From positions 17,219 through 81,218 of the IMG/VR virus record IMGVR_UViG_3300018890_000002: 64,000 nt of DNA; one strand, written 5' to 3'. The notes under the pieces were generated by a model. That model was not told the origin of the DNA and made no database searches. It saw nothing but the letters and a program-made list of their open reading frames with translations. This DNA comes from a virus. Of this stretch, positions 57,350-64,000 are shown piece by piece (the stretch's first letter is position 1; every line of letters begins with the position of its first letter). The position numbers were made by a program, and so were the translations under genes.

Positions 57350-58051
57350 ATGTCTCTTATCACTAATAAACCAAAAGCTATTATCTATTGTGCAGAAAAT
57401 AATATTAGTGGTAAGAAATATATAGGTAGAACATTTAGATCACTTGAGATAAGAAAGAAAGAACATTTTAGTAAAACTGTTAAGTATTCTCACAGATTCG
57501 CTACTGCTCTTAAAGCTTACCCAAAAGATTCTTGGAACTTCTATATACTAAAAGAAGTTGAATATGATCAAGCGGATTACTATGAAGAGTTTTTTATTAA
57601 TGATTTAGATACTTGTAACTCTGAAAAAGGTTATAACACTTTAAAAGAGCCTTATTTAGGGAAAGGTAAATCTAATATTAATTACAATCCTAAAATATAT
57701 TTTCTCTATCATTTTGAATATGGAGAAGTTTCTGGTACTAAACTAGAGTTAACGTCTAAATACCCCGAGTTGATAAGTGTATCTCAATTAGTTAGTGGTC
57801 ATAAAAAGCAAATAAATGGTTTTGTACTACTTTCTAACAAAGATAAGTATGAAGAGATTACACAAGGTAAAACTAAAATAGGGAGACTTTGCAAATATAT
57901 TACTCTTAGTCATGCTGTCTATGGAACTCATACTCTAAGACAAAAAGATTTTCAACAGCAATTTAATTTAACTAGCTGTGGAATAGCAGCTCTCAAATCA
58001 GGGAAACAAAAAACTTATCATGGATGGACATTAATTAAGGAAGAAAACTAA
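57350..58051 (+). CDS. GIY-YIG homing endonuclease with two C-terminal DNA-binding repeats
   Basis: IIYCAENNISGKKYIGRT...RKKEHF...E...GYN. Confidence 0.85.
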   Translation: MSLITNKPKAIIYCAENNISGKKYIGRTFRSLEIRKKEHFSKTVKYSHRFATALKAYPKDSWNFYILKEVEYDQADYYEEFFINDLDTCNSEKGYNTLKEPYLGKGKSNINYNPKIYFLYHFEYGEVSGTKLELTSKYPELISVSQLVSGHKKQINGFVLLSNKDKYEEITQGKTKIGRLCKYITLSHAVYGTHTLRQKDFQQQFNLTSCGIAALKSGKQKTYHGWTLIKEEN

Positions 58052-58917
58052 TGGCTTCTGTTCTAGAATCAATTACTAAAAAGATTGAAGAGTTAGGAGT
58101 TGGTCAAGTTACTGAATATCAATTAGGTAATGAGACTACTGATTATAGTGTAGTGGAACTATTAGACCCTAGAGACTACAAAGAGTATCTTCGATTAGAT
58201 GATTTAGGAATAGCTAAAAGTATTAAGTCTTGTGTAATAGAAGTAAAAGATAGTGAGTGTAAGATTTATTACTTATTAGATTCTTCACTTATTTCTATTA
58301 CTCTTAGTTGTAAGTGGCAACCTCTAGAAGTAATTAAGGAGTTACCTATTGCAGCTATAGCTTATTTTAGAATCTTAAGTGCTAAGAAAGCTTCTATAGA
58401 ATTGAATATCTATGAAGATAAAATACATATAATCTTTGAAGATACTATACCTAAAACTACTAAGGAAATAGTAGAGTCAGTATTAGAAACTATAGAGGAT
58501 ATTGAAAAACCTAAGAAAAGGCAAAAGAAAGAGAAACCAGTAGCTAAAAAGTATAGTTTAGAAATTCCCTTAAGTGATACAAGAGAACTAGATAAAAACG
58601 TATTAGATTTTGTAAATGTTTTAGATATAGACAGTAATTATGAATTTGTAGAGGCTTTTGAATTACCTATAAGTGTTAAAGATTATGATTCACAATATAA
58701 TGTTTATACTGTTACTTCTACTACTTACGGAGATTTTAAAAGTGTAAATGTAAACTGTAATTCTGGCTTAGTCATAGGAGTTATTGAATGTCCTGTTTTA
58801 ATAAGTAAGAATTTCTTAGAAGAAGAGATTATAGTTAAAGATGATATTAGTGAAGAGACATTAGAATTTGATGATGACCTTTTATTAGTAGAAGAAGATG
58901 AACAAAATAATGATTGA
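58051..58917 (+). CDS. Hypothetical acidic protein
   Basis: Coupled ORF. Confidence 0.65.
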   Translation: MASVLESITKKIEELGVGQVTEYQLGNETTDYSVVELLDPRDYKEYLRLDDLGIAKSIKSCVIEVKDSECKIYYLLDSSLISITLSCKWQPLEVIKELPIAAIAYFRILSAKKASIELNIYEDKIHIIFEDTIPKTTKEIVESVLETIEDIEKPKKRQKKEKPVAKKYSLEIPLSDTRELDKNVLDFVNVLDIDSNYEFVEAFELPISVKDYDSQYNVYTVTSTTYGDFKSVNVNCNSGLVIGVIECPVLISKNFLEEEIIVKDDISEETLEFDDDLLLVEEDEQNND

Positions 58918-59209
58918 TACTTCACCGATTGTTCTTAATCAAATAAGTAATAAGCTATTTTGTAAGTCACCGCTACAAATAGAAATAACTGTAGATAAAG
59001 ACGCTTATATCTTAGAGGAAAAGACTTTACCCATAGATGATGTGTATCTAATAGAGTTAATAAATAGTAGAGAACAACTCATAGAGGAAGTTAGTGGTTA
59101 TATTTTATGGTTATGGCAAGAGTTTATAGAAGTTGATGAAGAAAAACTTAGTCCTGGTAGTAAAAGACTAAGACAAAGACTAACCAATAAATTTGAGGTA
59201 CTCGCATGA
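58898..59209 (+). CDS. Hypothetical protein
   Basis: WLWQEFIEVDEEKLSPGSKRLRQRL. Confidence 0.6.
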   Translation: MNKIMIDTSPIVLNQISNKLFCKSPLQIEITVDKDAYILEEKTLPIDDVYLIELINSREQLIEEVSGYILWLWQEFIEVDEEKLSPGSKRLRQRLTNKFEVLA

Positions 59210-59481
59210 TGACTATAAGAGAATTAATTGATATAGGTATATATGAGGTCGATCTTGAAGAACCCACCCCACTAGAAAAGAAAGCAGAGTTAGTAGATGG
59301 AGTAAAGATTAAGTTCTATGAGGATTGTTTATTTAGAGATTATCACTTAGAAACTATTAATCTAGCTTGGTCTTTAGCAGAGGATGTGAATGGAGAAGAT
59401 GAAGCACTGAATCCTATTTTTCTACATAGTGTATTAAAGTATATTGATATTTTGGAAGAGTTTATAAAGGTTAGAAACTAA
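59206..59481 (+). CDS. Hypothetical protein
   Basis: Coupled ORF. Confidence 0.6.
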   Translation: MMTIRELIDIGIYEVDLEEPTPLEKKAELVDGVKIKFYEDCLFRDYHLETINLAWSLAEDVNGEDEALNPIFLHSVLKYIDILEEFIKVRN

Positions 59482-59809
59482 TGAAGTGTAAATGCGGAGG
59501 GAATTTTATAAGTGAAAAGAGAAGAATTAAAATACTCATAAGAGATAAGATATTTTATCCGTTTAGCTACAAATGTGATAAATGTCAGTCTAGTGCTTTT
59601 GTTCCTTGGATTCATATACCTATTAAAGGAGGTTCGTTAAGAGGAAAAATTAATGACTAACTCCGTTGAAATTGTAATTATTACTAATAAATTACCCCTT
59701 TTCAAAAAAGGAACGGGAGAACCAGCTGCACTTCCAAAAGACTTAGAAGTAATCATTTTGAACTAGGCTCAATTTTAAGTCATGTTATGATAAAGGAAAA
59801 GGTTATAGC

Positions 59810-60262
59810 ATGACTAATAAATTACTACTAGATATTGGTTTTACGAAACTAGGTTACGCAATTTCAATCAACAATGAGTTAGTGAAATACGGAACTTTCC
59901 ATACTTCGCCTAAACAATGTAATGGGGAGAGGTTACATTCTATTAGGACTTTTTTAGCTAATCTTCTTTTCAAGTATAAGATAAATGATTGTCTTATTGA
60001 GTTACCTGTACTAGCTGGACTTAATGGTGCAAATCTTTCTAAAGTAGTTGGATTAGTAGAACTTGAATGTTGGACTAAGCAAATTACTTATAGAACAATT
60101 TCACCTAAGTCTATGAAGCTAAAGCTTACCGGTAGTGGAAATGCTAGTAAAGGTGAGGTAAGATTCTGGGTTGCAAAAGAAATAGATATATCTAAGATTC
60201 CAAATAAAGAACTAGATACAATCGACGCAATTGCTCTTTACATAGTTGATAGAGAACAATGA
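59810..60262 (+). CDS. ruvC: Holliday junction resolvase RuvC
   Basis: LLDIGFTKLGYAI, LIELP, KLTGSGNASKGEV, DTIDAIAL. Confidence 0.85.
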   Translation: MTNKLLLDIGFTKLGYAISINNELVKYGTFHTSPKQCNGERLHSIRTFLANLLFKYKINDCLIELPVLAGLNGANLSKVVGLVELECWTKQITYRTISPKSMKLKLTGSGNASKGEVRFWVAKEIDISKIPNKELDTIDAIALYIVDREQ

Positions 60263-60546
60263 ACAACAACACAGTAGAAATTGAAATAGATTCTGCGGAT
60301 AGTGAAATAAGTGTAAATATTAGTAAATGCTTTCTTACTAATAAGGAGATAACTGCTTTGGTTACTTTACTATGGGAACATCGGGGGAATGTTGAAGGAG
60401 ATTTTGAAGCTACAAATAATAAAAACCAACACTACTTTATTTTTAGTCTTCACTATACTCCAATAGTACCTCTAGAGACTGTAGCAGAAGAACTACGAGA
60501 GAAAGTTCAACAATTATTTCCTGATAAGTTTGTTAACATTGTATGA
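60259..60546 (+). CDS. Hypothetical protein
   Basis: Coupled ORF. Confidence 0.6.
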   Translation: MNNNTVEIEIDSADSEISVNISKCFLTNKEITALVTLLWEHRGNVEGDFEATNNKNQHYFIFSLHYTPIVPLETVAEELREKVQQLFPDKFVNIV

Positions 60547-60872
60547 GTAAACAAATGTCATATTGGTTAGTTATTCTTTCTTTAATTTTTGGTATTAGTG
60601 ATAGGACTGTTAACTCTATCATCAATAACTACTCAATAGAGAGTCTGTCTCAAATACTAATAGGAGCTATTTTACTCTTATTAGTTAATCAGTTGTACCC
60701 TTACAATCACTAGAGGAAAATAAAATGAAAACACTGTATTTGTTTTTTGCACTAGGAGTTATGGCTACTTTAGTTCAACCAGTAACATTTACAAATTGTC
60801 CTGAAACTAATAAACCTCCTGTAAGAGGAGAATGTAGAAGATAGTTAATTCATACTATTTAGGAGAAAAGCA

Positions 60873-61154
60873 ATGAGACATAGCGTACCTGAAAAAACAA
60901 TTAATCGAATTTCTAATACAATCAAAAGTCTTAAGAGAAAAAGACCTTTAGAGGGAAAAGATACAGGTAAAAATCTAAGTCTTGATATGTTATATAAAAA
61001 TGGAACTACAGGACTAAATAACAGATTATTTAAGAATCCTCCTAGTAGATTTATAAGTAAGGACAAGAAAAGAGGGACTTACTTACCTGATAATAAAGTT
61101 TATAATCTAGTTACTGAAGAACTCTTAGAGGAATATTACAGTGATCATTTATAA
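60873..61154 (+). CDS. Basic hypothetical protein
   Basis: AGGAG RBS. Confidence 0.6.
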   Translation: MRHSVPEKTINRISNTIKSLKRKRPLEGKDTGKNLSLDMLYKNGTTGLNNRLFKNPPSRFISKDKKRGTYLPDNKVYNLVTEELLEEYYSDHL

Positions 61155-61653
61155 ACCAGGACAAGATATTTTTACTTCAACAGCTCATGTTCTAATTAAT
61201 CCCGTCAACACGAAAGGTGTTATGGGAAAAGGATTAGCACTTGAGTTTAAAAAGAGGTTTAAAGAGAATTTTAAATTTTACCATGAGTATTGCTCTGTAT
61301 CTTCTCCTAAAGGGGGAGATTTAATTTGGTATAGTGCTAAAGACTTAAATGACAGGAACATAGTTAACTTCTGTACTAAAGAAGACTGGAAGAAACCTTC
61401 TAAACTAGAATGGGTTGAAAAAGGAATGACTAGGTTAGTAGAACAGTTCAATGTGTTTTACCCTAATGGACAATATCCTTGTCCTATGCTAGCTCTACCT
61501 ATGTTAGGGTGTGGAGAAGGTGGATTAGAGGAAGGTGAAGTTTTAAGAGTTATTACACAATCATTAGTGGAGTGTAAATTCGATGTTGAGATATACACAA
61601 GTAAGTTACCTGCTACTTCTGCACCAGTTCAAGAAATTAATGAACCAAAATAG
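61141..61653 (+). CDS. Macrodomain ADP-ribosylhydrolase (DarG-like)
   Basis: DIFTS..VLINPVNTKGVMGKGLALEFKKRF, IVNFCTKEDW, LALPMLGCGEGGL. Confidence 0.9.
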   Translation: MIIYKPGQDIFTSTAHVLINPVNTKGVMGKGLALEFKKRFKENFKFYHEYCSVSSPKGGDLIWYSAKDLNDRNIVNFCTKEDWKKPSKLEWVEKGMTRLVEQFNVFYPNGQYPCPMLALPMLGCGEGGLEEGEVLRVITQSLVECKFDVEIYTSKLPATSAPVQEINEPK

Positions 61654-61825
61654 TGTACCTCTAACTTACTGTACTAGATGTAATAGAAATACGGACGGTA
61701 CTAATTGTGGTAGAGATAACTGTGATTTTTGAGTTAATAGCTATGTTCAGCGTTAATGTAAAAAGAAGTCCAAAAGTATACCTACTATAGCTTTAAGAGT
61801 GTACAGCTAAATTACTCTATAGTAG

Positions 61826-61854
61826 TTGACAATATTTCTAAGTTAGTATAGAAT
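61826..61854 (+). promoter_or_regulatory. sigma70 promoter
   Basis: TTGACA-17-TAGAAT. Confidence 0.7.
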
Positions 61855-61881
61855 AGAAAAAAGTCTAAAAAAAATAAATCT

Positions 61882-62643
61882 ATGACAAATCTAAATTCTC
61901 AACTAACAGAAGTTCTTAAAGGTATTCGTTCCGAAATTAAAGTAGATACTGAAGGAAAGGCAAGTATAACAAAATATGGTCTGACAAAACTTATAGGAAT
62001 ATCTAAGGATAATCTAATAGGCGATCGAATAGCTAAAAAACTAGCTGAAATGCTTGCAGAGCTTGGGTTTGAACTAGGCGATCGAGTATTTGAAAATGGG
62101 GTTCCAGATATTGCAGTAGCTTGTATAATTAAATACTATGCTTTGTATGCTCAACGAACTACTGAAAATGCTAAGATTCTGCTAGATGCTTTTTCTGCTG
62201 TAGGTATTAGGACTTGGTTTCAAGAAATGGTGGGGTTTGAGAAACCTAAACCAATCTCAAAACTAGAAGGGTACAAAGAAGCTCAAAGAGCAATGACAGA
62301 ATTAATTACTCTTATGGAATATGCGTCTAACAAACCAGGATTAGAAAACATTCATAATTTTGCATTAGAGACAGATGCTACTATATTGCCAGGACTTATT
62401 ACCGTAGATAATATTATGGATCAAAAAGAAGATAGTAATTTTTCTCATAGGGAACGTTCCATTATCGGGATGTATGTCTCAACAGCTTACAGAAATCTTA
62501 CAGGTAAAGTTCCTGAAAAAGTTAAAAAACGTACTATAGATAAAAGTGGAAAACCCCAAACTACTTGGGTTCCTGCATACCCGTTAGATTTTGCTCCAAT
62601 TATTGAAAATGCTATTGAATTAGGATTTGGTTCTAGTTCTTAG
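61882..62643 (+). CDS. Antirepressor-like DNA-binding protein, paralog of 55816
   Basis: ASITKYGLTKLIGIS, IIKYYAL, YRNLTGKVPEKV. Confidence 0.65.
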   Translation: MTNLNSQLTEVLKGIRSEIKVDTEGKASITKYGLTKLIGISKDNLIGDRIAKKLAEMLAELGFELGDRVFENGVPDIAVACIIKYYALYAQRTTENAKILLDAFSAVGIRTWFQEMVGFEKPKPISKLEGYKEAQRAMTELITLMEYASNKPGLENIHNFALETDATILPGLITVDNIMDQKEDSNFSHRERSIIGMYVSTAYRNLTGKVPEKVKKRTIDKSGKPQTTWVPAYPLDFAPIIENAIELGFGSSS

Positions 62644-62715
62644 TAAATTCTCTAAAAATTAAATAATAATTGCTCATACTACTAAAGGTGTGAGCTTTTC
62701 TTTTAGGAGGTAACT

Positions 62716-62964
62716 ATGTCTACTCGCAAAAAATCTAGATGGAACTGTTTTCACTGCAAGAATAACACTCAATATGAACACTTCTTTCTTTCTAATGAGA
62801 TATGGTCTAAGATTCATAATTCTCATAAGGTAATGATTTGTGTCTTATGCTGTGAGAAAAAGCTAGGAAGAAAACTAACTAAGAAAGATTTTACGGAAGC
62901 ATTCATTAATAATCCTAAGTATGGAAAGAAAAGTCTAGTATTATTAGAAAGGTTAAGAGGTTGA
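62716..62964 (+). CDS. Small Zn-binding phage protein
   Basis: CFHC...ICVLCCEKKLGRKLTKKDF. Confidence 0.7.
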   Translation: MSTRKKSRWNCFHCKNNTQYEHFFLSNEIWSKIHNSHKVMICVLCCEKKLGRKLTKKDFTEAFINNPKYGKKSLVLLERLRG

Positions 62965-62965
62965 T

Positions 62966-63385
62966 ATGTCTACTGTAAGTGATGTTGAACAAGCACTAAT
63001 TAATGCTCGAGTATTAGAAGAATATTGGATGTCTAATGGTTGGGAATCTTTAGTTTTGGAGAAAGAACAAATGACTAATGAAATACTAGATATTTATCCT
63101 ATAGTAGAAGTAGATGTTAGTGTACAAATTACAATCAAACTTCCTAATAAGACTTACTCAGTTCCTTTGGAGGATGTATCTTCGTTAAGTGTAAATGATT
63201 GTTTAGTTATAGAGATTAGTGACTTATACCTAAATTGGGAAGAAAGGGTACAGAGTAAGATAAAAGAAAGTAAAGTTATCCATCATCTTTTGACTTTTCC
63301 AGAAGAAGGTAAAGCAGAAATTCATACTCGTAAATTTTTGGGGGTAGACCATCAGATTAGAGTAATAAGAGAAACTTTTTATTAA
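62966..63385 (+). CDS. Hypothetical protein
   Basis: Coupled ORF. Confidence 0.6.
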   Translation: MSTVSDVEQALINARVLEEYWMSNGWESLVLEKEQMTNEILDIYPIVEVDVSVQITIKLPNKTYSVPLEDVSSLSVNDCLVIEISDLYLNWEERVQSKIKESKVIHHLLTFPEEGKAEIHTRKFLGVDHQIRVIRETFY

Positions 63386-63412
63386 TTCTTGCCACTAACT
63401 TAGGAGGTTCCT

Positions 63413-63778
63413 ATGGATACTTTTGGTTATAGATTCTTACGATTAAATTCTGAGACACTAGCTTTAGTAGAGATTTACCCCCCTGTATATTTACCAGAAC
63501 CATGTCAAGAAATTTATCCAGAAATTCCATACATAGATGGAGTTAAACTACCACCTGTAACTAACTTTACTCAATTAGAAGAATGGAAAGAAGACTGTAG
63601 ATTTGGGTTCAATGTAGCTGTTAAAGTAGCTAAGTTTTACCCAATAATCGATTATACCGAGCAACTGAATACCGAAGAACGAGAAACAATATTGTGGAAA
63701 ATATTAGATCCGTTAGTTTATTGGGATGAGTTTATTCCATTATTCGATAATAACTTTAACTTAATTTTGAGGGATTAA
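63413..63778 (+). CDS. Hypothetical protein
   Basis: AGGAGG RBS. Confidence 0.65.
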   Translation: MDTFGYRFLRLNSETLALVEIYPPVYLPEPCQEIYPEIPYIDGVKLPPVTNFTQLEEWKEDCRFGFNVAVKVAKFYPIIDYTEQLNTEERETILWKILDPLVYWDEFIPLFDNNFNLILRD

Positions 63779-64000
63779 TTATGAAAGAGAACTTAGCTAG
63801 AGACTTTCAACGAATGTTAGCTAGAAGAGAGATAGAGAATGTCACTCCTGCTCAATTCGAGAAACTAAAGCAAATAGCGTTAGAAATATTCGATCAAAAC
63901 TGTGCATTACAGGAAATAGCAGAAAACACAATGAAACAAAGTCTAGTTGGTAAAGAGTAATTTCATAGGTCAAACAACACTACTGAGTTAACCTTTACCA

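Noticed and set aside
23256-61066. Short antisense or alternate-frame ORFs in the track (e.g. 23256, 23294, 25824, 26933, 32366, 32843, 34385, 37210, 42947, 43370, 47373, 48144, 51642, 53595, 53828, 58725, 60845)
   Set aside because: Most overlap better-supported genes; none has an RBS or a recognisable motif

Overview
AT-rich segment of a large tailed dsDNA bacteriophage genome. The host is probably a cyanobacterium, inferred only from protein-family resemblances and not proven. Left arm (1-17.5 kb, minus strand): head and lysis genes. These are TerL, a Mu-gpF/SPP1-gp7-like head protein, prohead protease, scaffold, decoration protein, major capsid protein, a Mu-gp36-like adaptor, a C39-like endolysin, a holin, an unusual PAS-PAS-coiled-coil-TM protein, and several basic Gly-rich hydrophobic proteins. 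17.5-28 kb is accessory DNA between TerL and TerS: tRNA-Arg(UCU), an SF2 helicase-like gene, a decaying paralog array, and a membrane-protein/FtsK-HerA-like ATPase module with a candidate -1 frameshift. A 1.45 kb ORF-free region (28.7-30.15 kb) carries three tandem sigma70 promoters, a probable genome-end or pac junction and highly structured RNA. It leads into a long plus-strand early/middle region (AAA+/VWA pair, LRR protein, dNMP kinase, GIY-YIG endonuclease, RuvC, DarG-like macrodomain, many small hypotheticals). The most striking signal is in the early-region spacers, which are punctuated by structured RNA elements. These include tRNA-mimic cloverleaves with no usable anticodon whose D-like and T-loop bases covary (GG with UUCG, AG with UGCA), a type II hammerhead ribozyme, and repeated hairpins with fixed loops but variable stems. 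Together they suggest an undescribed RNA-processing or antitermination system. All structures were folded by eye and no database searches were run.
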